Positions 1 through 10,763 of a DNA stretch of 64,000 nt are shown here, one piece after another. The translations under genes and the position numbers were made by a program. The DNA is from an uncultured Nitrososphaerota archaeon (GTDB lineage Archaea > Thermoproteota > Nitrososphaeria > Nitrososphaerales > CADDZS01): contig CAWCYI010000004.1 of NCBI GenBank assembly GCA_963799845.1, forward strand, positions 992,001 to 1,056,000, given 5' to 3'. The notes under the pieces were generated by a model. The model saw only the letters and a program-made list of their open reading frames with translations, did no database searches and was not told the origin of the DNA. The stretch's first letter is position 1. Each line of letters begins with the position of its first letter.

Positions 1-715
1 TTTGTTTGTACCTCAGGACTGAAGTGCGGGAGATGACCTTCAGCCCACGAATTTTAGATAGCGTCGAAATAAGTTCCTCAGTCATGCCGTCTGCGAAATA
101 TTCATCATTAGGATCAGGACTGATGTTTGAAAAAGGCAGAACCGCTATTCTACGTTTGTCTGGATTTCCTTCGTGCTCCGTTATTCTCCAAGGAAGGACT
201 ACCTTGAACACTTCGATTGGAAGTTCTATGTTTTTCAGTTGTTTCTTGCCCAAACTGACAAATGGAAATTCGAACTTGTTTCTCACATGATCGTAAACTT
301 GCCCCGAAATGCATATCCCACCGGGTTCGGCGAGGGGCTCTATTCTCGAGGCAACGTTCACGGCGTCGCCGTACATATCTTTCTTTACATCGTGAACGAC
401 ATCACCGAGGTGTATTCCCATCCTGATATCAATTCTGCTGTCCGGAACGCGGGAATTGTTTCGTTCGTGCAATGCGTGCTGTATTTCGTAGCCACATCTC
501 AAAGCTTCCAAGGCGCTTGCAAATTCTACCAGAAATCCATCGCCAATTGTCTTGATTTCCCTTCCGTCGTGCTTACGAAAGAAGGGGCGAATTAGTTTTC
601 TGTGTTCTTCAAGCAATTCTAGTGCAAGGGCTTCATCCTTTTGAGAAAGAGAGGTGTAGCCAGTAATGTCGGTGAACATTATCGCGGCTAGTCTTCGAGC
701 CGATCTTACTGACAT
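1..715 (-). CDS. Class III adenylate/guanylate cyclase + TolB-N-like domain protein (3' end runs off the window; probably TPR-containing)
   Basis: Not in the ORF track. Manual minus-strand translation from ATG at 715: [21 protein letters not shown]...[13 protein letters not shown]...RMGIHLGDV...[13 protein letters not shown]...[30 protein letters not shown]. Confidence 0.9.
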   Translation of the reverse strand, partial: MSVRSARRLAAIMFTDITGYTSLSQKDEALALELLEEHRKLIRPFFRKHDGREIKTIGDGFLVEFASALEALRCGYEIQHALHERNNSRVPDSRIDIRMGIHLGDVVHDVKKDMYGDAVNVASRIEPLAEPGGICISGQVYDHVRNKFEFPFVSLGKKQLKNIELPIEVFKVVLPWRITEHEGNPDKRRIAVLPFSNISPDPNDEYFADGMTEELISTLSKIRGLKVISRTSVLRYKQ

Positions 716-730
716 CCAGAGTTGCTCCGT

Positions 731-771
731 CAAAGTGACGGTAAGGGAGAGATAAATTCCTTTGGCACGTT
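731..771 (-). promoter_or_regulatory. Conserved upstream block of cyclase gene 1 (TTTATC TATA-like element on minus strand)
   Basis: 33/41 nt identical to 3915-3955, upstream of cyclase gene 2. Confidence 0.6.
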
Positions 772-926
772 CCGAAGCGTAGCCTGAGGTAAGATATCTC
801 AAACTGATTTCTCTTAGCTAATGAAAATCCCGCTCAACATCAAAGCAGAAAAGTCAAAATTCTACGAATAGCTGATTTTCGAGTGAAAAGAAAATTTATT
901 AGAGCTTCACGCATTCGGCGATAAAT

Positions 927-1295
927 ATGCAAAGTCATGAGGTCAAGAATATGTCCACCTCTTCCGAGGTTCGAAAATTTCAGAATGCGAAGATCGAATT
1001 GGTAAACGTCGCGGGGGGCACGGTCGGTCGGTTTGTGTTGCAAAAAGGATGGAAGTGGTCGAACGATATCAAGCCCATAGTCAAAACAGAGTGGTGCGAG
1101 GCTCCGCACATCCAGTATGTAATCTCCGGCAAGTACCGTGTAAAAATGAAGGATGGAACCGAGTTTGACATCGGGCCGGGTGATGTGGCGTCAGTACCCC
1201 CAGGACACGATGCATGGGTCGTCGGCGACGAGCCCACTGTGGGGATCGAGTTTATCGGTGCGAGAATCGCCACTGAGGGGCCAAAGAAAACTTAG
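927..1295 (+). CDS. Cupin domain protein
   Basis: GWKWS...CEAPHIQYVISG...GPGDVASVPPGHDAWVVGDEP cupin motifs; TTTATTA about 26 nt upstream. Confidence 0.85.
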   Translation: MQSHEVKNMSTSSEVRKFQNAKIELVNVAGGTVGRFVLQKGWKWSNDIKPIVKTEWCEAPHIQYVISGKYRVKMKDGTEFDIGPGDVASVPPGHDAWVVGDEPTVGIEFIGARIATEGPKKT

Positions 1296-1303
1296 GCAGC
1301 CCG

Positions 1304-1906
1304 ATGGCGGTTTCGCAAAAACGTATTTCTAAGCCCCGTTCGAACGAATCCTTACGAGACTATACAAAAATGACAGACAAACCTGGTGGTAGAACGGAAC
1401 TAGATTCGTTAAAGGAATTCTTTCGATACAATTCTTATGTCAGGAAGAAATATCTTAAGGCACTGGAAAAACTGCCGCGCGAAGAACTGATGCGGGATAG
1501 AGGCGCCTCATATCCATCTATGCTTGACATTTTTGTTCACGTCCTTGGGGCGTACGAGTATTGGTTGATGAATAGGTACCCGGCTCTTCCTAAAGAGGGC
1601 TTCGAGAATGAAGTGAATACTCTCGAAGAAGCAGCGGAGGAGGAAAGGAAGCTGGATCTCCTTATCCTGAATTTTGTTGAAGGACTGGACGACGAGAAAA
1701 TTGAAACACCCTTTGAGACCGCCGATGATCAAACTAAGATTAGATGGAGATTTACAGTGAGGCAGATGCTGTGGCATCTGGTCGAAGAAGAACTGCAGCA
1801 CCGGGGAGAACTCAACGCTCTTTTTTGGCAGATGAACATTGATCCTCCGGTTACCGATTGGCTTGACTGGAAAATTGAAATCGGGGAGATAAGAAGACTA
1901 TCGTAG
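1304..1906 (+). CDS. DinB/YfiT family protein (start may be 1370)
   Basis: SMLDIFVHVLGAYEYW and HLVEEELQHRGE DinB metal-site motifs. Confidence 0.85.
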   Translation: MAVSQKRISKPRSNESLRDYTKMTDKPGGRTELDSLKEFFRYNSYVRKKYLKALEKLPREELMRDRGASYPSMLDIFVHVLGAYEYWLMNRYPALPKEGFENEVNTLEEAAEEERKLDLLILNFVEGLDDEKIETPFETADDQTKIRWRFTVRQMLWHLVEEELQHRGELNALFWQMNIDPPVTDWLDWKIEIGEIRRLS

Positions 1907-1908
1907 TT

Positions 1909-3902
1909 CTACTTGACCAAACCAACTTTCTCGCTCTCCTTCCCAAATCCGATCTTTTCTAAGAGCGCTTGGAACCTGGGTTCTGAATGCAGATTTTGAA
2001 AAGTGAAGTCGTTAAGAATGGAAATCAAGTAACCAGAGCGTTCTTCGTAAGCTCTTTCTAGCCATTCGAGAGCATTGTCGATTTCACCCAAGTTCGAGTA
2101 GATACCTGCGATCGCCGTGGCAGCTCGAGGTTCTTTGTTTTTCTCGCGCATTTCCAGCAATTCCGACAGAACATCTCTTGCCTCCCTTATCTTTCCTGCC
2201 TTTACATACGCGTACGCAAGATCGAGCTTCTGAGCTGGGTCACTCCCATGGGAAACCTCAATTGATTTCTTGATTTCGGAAATCCCAGTGTCGAACATAC
2301 CTTTTTGCGCGAAAGCAACCCCAAGATTGTCACGGGCAAGCGTCATATCAGGATTTATTTCAAGCGCTACCTTGAAGCATTCGATAGCATCATCGTATCT
2401 GCCGGCGTATAGAAAGGATGTACCAGCGACGGAACAGGTCCTTGGAGATTTCGGATCGAGTTCAAGAGCCTTCCTTGCCTCTGAGATAGATTCTTCATAC
2501 TTTCCAATCATCATCAGTCTGACTGAAAGTGCATTGTGGCCCATCGCAAGATTTGGATTGAGCTCTACAGCGCGTCTTGATTCTGCCACGGCGTCTGCAA
2601 AGTTCCAAGAATTCGCAAGAACAATCGAAATCACAACGTGCGCCTCGGGAAGCAGGGGATCGAGAGCGAGAGCTTTTTCCGCATACTCTTTTGCGTTACG
2701 AAACGCTTCGACTGATGGATGTATTTCAAAGAATCCCAAGAACGAGTAACAAGAAGCAATCTCAGCATACGCCAGAGAGTATTTTGGATCTTTTTCGATG
2801 GCTCCTTCAAAACACCGTATCGCCTGTTCAAATCCCTCCTTGGTAACTCTTTCCCTAAAGAATAGCCCTCTTAGATACATATCGTGGGCCTCAACGTTTG
2901 AAGTAGGAATTTTTTCTGTTCTCTCCTTTTCCTTAGCAAGTAATTTTACTTTGAGAGATTCAGCTACATTCCGTGCAATTTCGCTTTGAATTGTGAAAAT
3001 ATCTTCTAGACTTGCATCATAGCTGTGTGACCAGAGATGCTTATCGTTTTCAACTTCGATTAGCTGAACGGCTACTCGAACATGATTACCGGATTTACGA
3101 ACGCTGCCTTCAATGAGACATCCAACATTCAGCTCTTTTCCAATATCTGCGACGTGTTTGCTTGTGTTCTTCTTGTATTGCATGACAGAGGTACGCGAAA
3201 TAACAGCGAGATCGCTAATTTCAGAAATGATCGAAATTAGTTCTTCGGTCATACCATCAGAAAAATATTCGTCATTTGGATCGGCACTGATGTTAGAGAA
3301 AGGAAGAACTGCAATTCTTTTCTTGTCCAGAATGAATGCCACATCCATCTTTTGCTCTCCGTCTCCTCTTTTGTTCTGCCAAGGCATGACAATCTTATAG
3401 ACTCCTGTTGAAAATTTGATATTCTTCAGCTCAGCACGCTCTAATTGTTCGAAACTATAATCCACCTTGTTTCTTATCTGGTAGTAGACTTGTTCCGATA
3501 CACAAACTCCTTCGGGTTCAGCTAACGGTTGAATCCTTGAAGCAATGTTAACCGCATCTCCCAGGATATCATTGTCGCGATGTACGACGTCGCCAAGGTG
3601 TACCCCGATTCTGAGCTTTATCTTCCAATCCTCATGGGTTGATGTATTATAGTCGTGCAGGTATTCCTGGATCTTTACGGCACAGTTCGCGGCATCCAGC
3701 GCACTTTCAAATTCCACAAGGAAAGAGTCTCCGATAGTTTTGATCTCTTTTCCGTTGTATCTGGGAAAGAACGGTTTCAGTAGCCGGTTATGTCTTTCTA
3801 GTACTTGCAGAGCTAGAGATTCATCTGATTGGTGAGAGCACTGTAACCCACAATATCAGTAAACATTATCGCAGCAAGTCTTCGAGTCGAATTCACTGAC
3901 AT
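1909..3902 (-). CDS. Class III adenylate cyclase-TolB-N-like-TPR protein (indel near 3830)
   Basis: ATG at 3902 reads [24 protein letters not shown]; one extra base rejoins QSDESLALQVLERH..KTIGDSFLVEF and the 1909..3717 ORF ([20 protein letters not shown], many TPRs). Confidence 0.9.
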
Positions 3903-3914
3903 CTGGGACTATTC

Positions 3915-3955
3915 CAAAGTGAGAGTAGGGGATAGATAAATCACTTTAGTACGTT
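3915..3955 (-). promoter_or_regulatory. Conserved upstream block of cyclase gene 2
   Basis: 33/41 nt identical to 731-771. Confidence 0.6.
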
Positions 3956-4020
3956 TCAGTGAAGACGGCGATCTAGAATCTGCGCATCGATTTAACTAAT
4001 CGGGTATTTTCATCTGGTTT

Positions 4021-4962
4021 ATGAAATTTGGAATAAAGACTGGACAGGGTTTAAGCGGGTACACATACGATGAGTTGTCATCGGTCTGGTATAAATCAGA
4101 AGAACTGGGATTCGAATCGGCGTGGCTGCACGATCATTTCGTTTCATCCACCAACAGATTATCTGACCAATGCCTCGAAGCCTATACGACCCTTGCGGCT
4201 CTTGCGACAGATACTAGAAATCTTCATCTCGGAGTAATGGTAACCTGCGTCGGTTATCGCAATCCGGCTTACCTCGCCAAGATCGGCGCGACAATCGATA
4301 CGATTTCCAAGGGCCGTTTCATCATGGGAATAGGGACTGGATGGTTTGAGGATGAGTTTAGATCGTACGGGTACAAATTCCCTTCGATTCCTGAAAGGTT
4401 AGGGCAATTGAGAGAGGCATTGAAGATTCTGAGACTGATGTGGACTGAGGATAACCCATCCTTCGAGGGGAAACATTACATCATTCAGAACGCCCCGTGC
4501 TATCCCAGACCAGTCCAAAGGAGCATACCCATTTGGATCGGCATCTCAAGCGGAACGAAGACTCTTCCTCGAATGTCCATAGAACTGGCCGACGGGCTCA
4601 ACACCACCGCCAAGCCAGACTTGTGCAGCAAAATCATAGCGCGAGCCGAAGAAACTCGTATTGGAATGGGCAGAGAAAGAAGCGGGATAACATACTCTGC
4701 CCAACCCATCTTGCTCGTCGGAAATGATCCAGAAATTGAGAGTATAGTCCTACAGGAGGCAAAAAGATGGGGCCTATCAGCCCAAGATTACTTGAACGGA
4801 TTGAAAGAAAAAGGTTGCATCATCGGAACGGCTGAACGATGCGCCGAGGAACTCAAAGCTTTCAGTAACGCGGGAGTGGATTATCTGATACCAACGATTA
4901 TTGGCGATAGACTTCTCTGGCCTCTGGAAAATATCAAGGACAAACTCCTTCCTCTGCTCTGA
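4021..4962 (+). CDS. LLM-class flavin/F420-dependent oxidoreductase
   Basis: GFESAWLHDHF, LGVMVTCVGYRNPAYLAKIGATID..SKGRFIMGIGTGW. Confidence 0.88.
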   Translation: MKFGIKTGQGLSGYTYDELSSVWYKSEELGFESAWLHDHFVSSTNRLSDQCLEAYTTLAALATDTRNLHLGVMVTCVGYRNPAYLAKIGATIDTISKGRFIMGIGTGWFEDEFRSYGYKFPSIPERLGQLREALKILRLMWTEDNPSFEGKHYIIQNAPCYPRPVQRSIPIWIGISSGTKTLPRMSIELADGLNTTAKPDLCSKIIARAEETRIGMGRERSGITYSAQPILLVGNDPEIESIVLQEAKRWGLSAQDYLNGLKEKGCIIGTAERCAEELKAFSNAGVDYLIPTIIGDRLLWPLENIKDKLLPLL

Positions 4963-4972
4963 AAGACTTCCA

Positions 4973-5422
4973 CTAGTTTTTGCTATTTTCTTTCCATCGA
5001 CTTACGTTTGAGACTCCATTGGCGTAATTGTTGGTCAGACAGTTTTCTATTTTGAACTCAAAAAGAATGTACCGATCTTTTGGTTCGTAAGGACAAGATT
5101 GGACCGCCATGTCTCGGCAGGCTAGGTCAGTCAAGAGAAACGCTTTCCCTCCAATTTGAAATTCCCCATTAGTTCCGCGCATGTCAGTAACCAGATAATG
5201 AATCGAATACTTGCCGTTTCTCTGCAGATCCTTTCCTTTCGGCGAAGTAGGTTCCATGAATGCGAATAGTCTGCCCGAGCCCACAAAAGGAGTAAATGGA
5301 TGAATCCTTGGATAACCGTCCAGTTTTATAGTCGCGATGTACATGACGCCGTGAGCGAGTCTTTCCTGGCCAAATTTCGCCATTTCCGGTTTGACTGAAG
5401 CAAACTCTCCCCAGCTCAGCAA
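4973..5422 (-). CDS. Pyridoxamine 5'-phosphate oxidase-like (split-barrel flavin/F420-binding) protein
   Basis: YIATIKLDGYPRIHP...SPKGKDLQRNGKYSIH. Confidence 0.8.
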   Translation of the reverse strand: MLSWGEFASVKPEMAKFGQERLAHGVMYIATIKLDGYPRIHPFTPFVGSGRLFAFMEPTSPKGKDLQRNGKYSIHYLVTDMRGTNGEFQIGGKAFLLTDLACRDMAVQSCPYEPKDRYILFEFKIENCLTNNYANGVSNVSRWKENSKN

Positions 5423-5616
5423 TTCCTAAGAATGCCCTCCTGCCCTTGTTTCATCGTGCCAGTAATAATTTGATATTGATACAATTTTTCTTTCCGCAAT
5501 CCCAGTGAAAAAAGCAAGATGGGAACGGAACTTCTGATGATTCCATTTCATCCCTTACCGGAAGAAACAAGTCTTATCTGAATGTTGGTCCCGAAATAAA
5601 AAAAGCTAGAAAGATT

Positions 5617-5967
5617 TTGTCTATTCAACCGTCGAGAAATTGCCGTTACTGCGGTCATCCCATCATCTATCCTATCGAAAGTGAATACTGTACGAACTGC
5701 GGAAAACCGATGGGGACAATGGTGGCAAATTTGGAAACCGCTACTCCCAGAAAGGAATTCTTCCCGTCCGTCACAATCATTTGCACTTTTACAGCATACA
5801 GCATATTGTCTTATTATTTCCCAGCTGATCTGCTTTACTTTACCGCGGGCTGGTTCGCGTTCGCCATACCTTTCTCGATATACGCGCTGCCATCGCGGAG
5901 GAATAACCGAAAGCTTCGGCCAAAAGATGAAACGAAGAAAAATAGGGAGCTGCAACCAACAAGTTGA
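5617..5967 (+). CDS. Zinc-ribbon membrane protein
   Basis: CRYCGH...CTNCGK followed by two hydrophobic segments. Confidence 0.55.
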   Translation: MSIQPSRNCRYCGHPIIYPIESEYCTNCGKPMGTMVANLETATPRKEFFPSVTIICTFTAYSILSYYFPADLLYFTAGWFAFAIPFSIYALPSRRNNRKLRPKDETKKNRELQPTS

Positions 5968-6071
5968 CTTATCCGGAGAGTACTGGGACATTTCGAGAAA
6001 TTCATTTCAAATTGGCTAAGACTGTGACAGCGAAAAGTGTTTAACGTCATTATGGACGTAGTTTTGATCGA

Positions 6072-6263
6072 ATGAATCGCTTACATTTGTTTGTTTACGT
6101 CATCGTTGCGATCTGCATTCTTGGCGCTTTATTCACGAATGGGCAAGCGCAGCAATGGTTTGAGGATCTTTTGGGTTCAGCGGTAGTCTTTATTCTCGTG
6201 GTCGAGCTTGTACCCCAATTCATAGTCGCGGATGAAAAGGAATCCGTTCAAAAGGCGCAATGA
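6072..6263 (+). CDS. Small two-TM hypothetical protein
   Basis: Two hydrophobic helices; TTTAA about 30 nt upstream. Confidence 0.55.
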   Translation: MNRLHLFVYVIVAICILGALFTNGQAQQWFEDLLGSAVVFILVVELVPQFIVADEKESVQKAQ

Positions 6264-6367
6264 AAGCAACGCCGAACGTTTTGAACTGGTCTACTTCGTG
6301 AGTGTGAAACCGTTGATACTTTGACACAGCTGTCCTTCGGTCAATTCTGTCTGAAGCGATCCTATCG

Positions 6368-6379
6368 AACGCTTATAAT
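6368..6379 (+). promoter_or_regulatory. Candidate BRE/TATA (AACGCTTATAAT)
   Basis: About 42 nt upstream of 6421; the ACGCTTATA core recurs at 10724 and 23961. Confidence 0.5.
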
Positions 6380-6420
6380 CACAATTTGAAGATGGATAAT
6401 TTCTCTAGTGCTCTTCGAGT

Positions 6421-7053
6421 TTGAAACTCCGGCCGGTAGTCAAACTTTCAATTATCTACGTGGTGCTGTCCTTTGCATATAGCGCCCTCGGGTTCCTGCA
6501 CGGCCTCCCGCACGGGAATGGGTCGGAGTACACAATTTCATTCCTCATTCCTGAGATAGGTGGTCACATCCTGTTTGCCGTTGTTGCGATTTTACCGTTT
6601 CTAGATGTGCAGCTAATTTTTCTTTCAGCAGTCGTTGCAGTCTTCATTGACATGGATCACCTGCTCGGGATTTTTACTACTCTACCGTTCGTTGGCAGGC
6701 CGAATCATTCGCTTCTGTTTACCCTCGTCTCCGCTTCAATTCTTGTTTATGCAACAAGAAGGATGAACCTCTCGCAAACATCCCAAATCAAGGTCGCGTT
6801 CGTCGTCCCGGTTGCCATTTTGTCCCACCTCTCGTTCGACGTTCTGGCTGCATACGACATCTTCGGCGGAGGATCTTACGCCTTTCCACTCTTCTACCCT
6901 TTCAGTTCGACGCTGATCGCGTTTCCGCTGTACAGTTTCGTGATCCTCGAAGCCGCCGCGTTTGGAGTAGCAATTATTGGAAGTCTGATTGTCAAGAGAT
7001 ACAAGAAGCCAACTAGGACACCAATGTTACCCAGCACGAGCCCCTCGATCTGA
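6421..7053 (+). CDS. Membrane-bound metal-dependent hydrolase (YdjM-like)
   Basis: Multi-TM protein with GH, DMDH, NHS, SHLSFD motifs. Confidence 0.65.
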   Translation: MKLRPVVKLSIIYVVLSFAYSALGFLHGLPHGNGSEYTISFLIPEIGGHILFAVVAILPFLDVQLIFLSAVVAVFIDMDHLLGIFTTLPFVGRPNHSLLFTLVSASILVYATRRMNLSQTSQIKVAFVVPVAILSHLSFDVLAAYDIFGGGSYAFPLFYPFSSTLIAFPLYSFVILEAAAFGVAIIGSLIVKRYKKPTRTPMLPSTSPSI

Positions 7054-7169
7054 GCATAGTCCCCTTTTTCCAAGGTGTATAGTAACTTGCTGTGATTACT
7101 CTTGGTAATTTTCCAACGAGAGTCGGGCTTAAGTTTCACAGTTGAAATTCTATCTTTTTAGAGCATTAA

Positions 7170-8166
7170 TTGGCAAACATAATTCAGGCAAAAGGTCTTA
7201 CGAAAAAATACGAAGAAAAGGTCGTAGTTGATCACGTGTCGTTTGAAATCGCAGAGGGAGAGCTGTTTGGATTTCTGGGTCCAAACGGCGCTGGCAAAAC
7301 AACAACGATCAAGATGTTGACCACGATAGCTTCCGTTAGCGAGGGTACAGCGACTGTCGTCGGACACGATGTTTCAAAAGATCCTGGCGCGGTCAGGGCT
7401 AGCATAGGAGTCGTACCGCAACAGTTCATCGCGGATGACGAGCTGAAAGGGGATCGAGAACGTGCTGCTCTCAGCCAAACTCCACCACGTTCCAAACGAA
7501 AAAGCCCGGAGGAGAGCCTCTGAACTCCTGCAGCTTGTCGATCTCCAAGGTTCAGCTGAGAAATTGGTAAAGACGTACTCAGGTGGTATGAAGAGGAGGC
7601 TTCAGCTAGCGATGGGCTTGATTCACGACCCGCTCGTCCTGTTCTTGGACGAACCCAGCCTCGGCCTCGACATCCAGACCCGGAGCAAGATGTGGGATTA
7701 CGTTCGAAAGTTGAACGTTGACAATGGGATCACGGTATTCATAACCACGCACTACCTGGAAGAGGCGGACGCCCTGTGCGATCGCGTGGCGATAATAGAC
7801 GGCGGAGTGATCAAAGTATCCGGACCCCCGGATGAGCTGAAGGCGAAATTGGGCGGCGATATACTTTCCATCAGCGTCACTGACGGCGCGGATCTGACTA
7901 ATTTTCTTGAAGAAGTGCAAGACGTAAAGGAGGTTATGAAACTCGGGCTCTCATCCTACAGGATCAAAGTCCCAAGAGTTGAAAAAGCGCTGCCCGAGAT
8001 CGTGGATGGCGTTGTCCAGAGAGGACTAAAAATCTCCGATATCTCTTTCACGAGACCAACCCTCGATCAGGTGTTCCTCCAAGTGACTGGTCGGAAGTTG
8101 AGAGACGGCGATGACGGATCCAGCGCTCCTCTTGAGGCCTCAGTTCTATTGGAACAGGTGAATTGA
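7170..8166 (+). CDS. DrrA-type ABC exporter ATPase (indel near 7450)
   Basis: GPNGAGKTT in ORF 7170; YSGGMKRRL and LFLDEPSLGLD in ORF 7462. Confidence 0.9.
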
Positions 8167-8167
8167 G

Positions 8168-8998
8168 ATGCTGAGTGACACACTCGCACTGAGCGGGAGA
8201 TCCTTGAGAAAATGGATTCGCAACCCCTTCTCGCTTATACCGATAGTAATCCAATCGATTGTCTGGCTCCTCTTATTCGGAAATTCGTTCAATCCCGGAA
8301 ATTCACTCCCGTCGTCAACAGGAGGATCTCTAGGATTGTTAGCGCATTCTTTCGGGGGCGCGCCTAATTACATCACCTTCCTCACTCCCGGAGTGATCGG
8401 CATGCTGGCTCTTACCGGTATGACCTTTCTCGGCGTGGACTTTGTCATGGATAGACTCAACGGATACCTCGACAAGCTAAAGACCAGCCCGATATCGCGA
8501 TCATCTATCTACTTTGGCGGCGTTTTACAGAACATTGTGAAGGCAATCGTGACATCGGCAATCACTCTGGTTGTCGCACTACTGATTCCAAACGGACTTA
8601 AGCTCGCGGGCAGCTTTGGCATTCTAGATCTTGTCGGTGTTTTCGTCGCCATCATCTTTCTTACCGCTGTCTTCGCATCTCTGTTCACCGGAATATCCAT
8701 AGCCGCGAAAAGTACTGACAGTTTCTTCGCAGTCGTCAACTTCCTCTTCTTCCCCGTTGCTTTCACGAGCACCGCGTTATTCCCGATCAGCTTCTTTCCG
8801 GCGTGGCTGGAACCCATAGCTCGCGCAAACCCCATCTCACTGGCAAGCGAAGCGATCAGACTCCTCGTGGTGAACGGAACGCTCTCGATTGCGCAACTTT
8901 GGACATTTGCAGAGTATATCGGTGGCCTGTTCGCTTACACGATCATCTTCGTCGTGTTCGGAACGTTACTGGCAAGAGATGCTTTGAAGGCCGAGTAG
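8168..8998 (+). CDS. ABC-2 type permease (DrrB-like)
   Basis: 6 TM; YITFLTPG, DRLNGYL, PAWLEPIARANP. Confidence 0.9.
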   Translation: MLSDTLALSGRSLRKWIRNPFSLIPIVIQSIVWLLLFGNSFNPGNSLPSSTGGSLGLLAHSFGGAPNYITFLTPGVIGMLALTGMTFLGVDFVMDRLNGYLDKLKTSPISRSSIYFGGVLQNIVKAIVTSAITLVVALLIPNGLKLAGSFGILDLVGVFVAIIFLTAVFASLFTGISIAAKSTDSFFAVVNFLFFPVAFTSTALFPISFFPAWLEPIARANPISLASEAIRLLVVNGTLSIAQLWTFAEYIGGLFAYTIIFVVFGTLLARDALKAE

Positions 8999-9051
8999 TA
9001 ATCACAAAACGTGAGCGAGGCTTTTAGGCACAAGGAGCTAAATTGGGAACC

Positions 9052-10296
9052 ATGCCAGACTATCACGTCCCCCGAGGGAGCAACGCTAAGCTCGACGGAA
9101 TCGAAGGAGAGCTCAAGGTCGGGTCCAGGGCAAGAATCGAGGCAATCAGCGGAAATCTCGTCCAAGTCTCTGAAGGAGCGTACTTTGACGGGGCCGCCGA
9201 AGTCAATTGCGACTTCGAGTGCGATTCCCTCAGGGTAGGATCCGGAGGCATTCTCCACATCAACGGCAATCTGACAGTACACAAACTGCTAGACGTGAAC
9301 CACTCGATAGAAGTGAGCGGCGCCATCAAGGCAGGGCAAATCGACGTGGGGGGGAAAATCCGAGCGAAGGTTTTGAGCTGCGCGAGGATGAGGGTGGGAG
9401 GACAGGTGGAGGCCGAAGAGCTGCTTGAAGTCGAATCCATCAACGTAGGCGGTAAAATCGAAGCTCCAGGAACCGTGATGATTGGAGACTTTGAAGTCGG
9501 AGGGGCCGCCGTGATCGGAGGAGGGAAAATCTCCGGCAAAATAAGAGTTGGTGGAAAATTCGAAGCTCGGTCGAGACTTGAGTTCGGAGATCTCCAGGTC
9601 TACGGCAAAACCAGCCTCTCAGCCGACAGCAAGGGCAGCAAGATCTCAACTACCGGACAACTTTCCGTTTCGGGAGATATCGATTGCGATGAAATCTCTG
9701 TTTTTGGGAGGACGGAGATCCATGGTAGTTGCAAATCCAAGCAGATCAAAGTAAACGGGAGTCTCGAAGTTTCCGGTTCGCTGATGACGGCCGACTTGCT
9801 CGAGATCTATGGATCAACCGAAGTTGATGAAGATTTTGAAGGAACGGATGTTCGGGTAGGAGGGAAATTTGAGGCAAGGAAGATACTGATCAGGAATGAA
9901 ATAGATGTTACCGGGCGGGTCGAAGCCGGCCAGGGACTGAAAGCAAAAACCGTCAGAGTTGGAAGCGGATCTCGAGTGGAGGGAGTAATCGTCGCTCAAA
10001 ACGTCGATGTCGGCGGAAGCTTCGAAATCGTAAACTGGCAGAAAAATTGGATGGGACAAATTGCCCGAGCCAGGCTCGTGGGAAAATTGACAAGAGTGGA
10101 CGACATCTACGCAGACGAGGTACGACTAGGAAGGAACTCAAGGAGCGAAAGAATTTTTGCAAGAATCGTGGAAGTGGAAGACGATTGCACCGCCGGGGAG
10201 ATCACCTATACGTATGATTTGAGGGGCGACCTTGAACGCGTTCATATTGAAAAACCGCCTGTAAAAGTTTCCAGACTACCGGAGCCACCGATCTGA
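9052..10296 (+). CDS. Multi-repeat bactofilin-like (polymer-forming cytoskeletal) beta-solenoid protein
   Basis: Regular ~16-17 aa repeats of the type I.VGG.I.A / L.V.G.I.C..I.V.G throughout; Gly/Val/Ile rich; no signal peptide. Confidence 0.65.
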   Translation: MPDYHVPRGSNAKLDGIEGELKVGSRARIEAISGNLVQVSEGAYFDGAAEVNCDFECDSLRVGSGGILHINGNLTVHKLLDVNHSIEVSGAIKAGQIDVGGKIRAKVLSCARMRVGGQVEAEELLEVESINVGGKIEAPGTVMIGDFEVGGAAVIGGGKISGKIRVGGKFEARSRLEFGDLQVYGKTSLSADSKGSKISTTGQLSVSGDIDCDEISVFGRTEIHGSCKSKQIKVNGSLEVSGSLMTADLLEIYGSTEVDEDFEGTDVRVGGKFEARKILIRNEIDVTGRVEAGQGLKAKTVRVGSGSRVEGVIVAQNVDVGGSFEIVNWQKNWMGQIARARLVGKLTRVDDIYADEVRLGRNSRSERIFARIVEVEDDCTAGEITYTYDLRGDLERVHIEKPPVKVSRLPEPPI

Positions 10297-10327
10297 AAAG
10301 CAAATCTGCGAGGCGCGGCACACACCG

Positions 10328-10639
10328 ATGAAAAGCAAGAGTTCCAAGAGATCACGAGTGGAATTGTACGCGACAGTCCTAGAGGTTATCAAGCGCTACC
10401 CCGAAGGTTCGCGGATTACCAAAATGTCATACGGAGTGGGGATGCCGATCGACAGGCTGAAGACAATCCTCGTCGATCTGACGTCCTTTGGACTCGTCCA
10501 GACCATAACCGACGAAGAAGAGGAAGGAATTTTTTACACTCTGACGCCGAGAGCTTTTGATTTCCTGGAGACCTACTGGAAGATGAAAAGTTATCTCGAA
10601 ACATTCGGAAATTCTGGGAGCAATTCTTTCACTTTCTAA
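10328..10639 (+). CDS. Archaeal winged-helix DNA-binding protein
   Basis: KRSRVELYATVL...RITKMSYGVGM...LTSFGLV...YTLTPRA. Confidence 0.8.
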   Translation: MKSKSSKRSRVELYATVLEVIKRYPEGSRITKMSYGVGMPIDRLKTILVDLTSFGLVQTITDEEEEGIFYTLTPRAFDFLETYWKMKSYLETFGNSGSNSFTF

Positions 10640-10723
10640 TCGGTGCCATAAGAGGAAAATCCGATCACACCAATTTTATCCGATTCATCTATCATCATTG
10701 AGGCCTATACTTAACATTCCAGT

Positions 10724-10735
10724 TACGCTTATATT
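10724..10735 (+). promoter_or_regulatory. Candidate BRE/TATA (TACGCTTATATT)
   Basis: About 29 nt upstream of ATG 10764. Confidence 0.55.
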
Positions 10736-10763
10736 GACTATCCAATATTGGATATGCGATGTT

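Noticed and set aside
6-595. Plus-strand ORFs 6..290 and 173..595, and the many other antisense ORFs in the track
   Set aside because: They are shadows of well-supported genes on the opposite strand.
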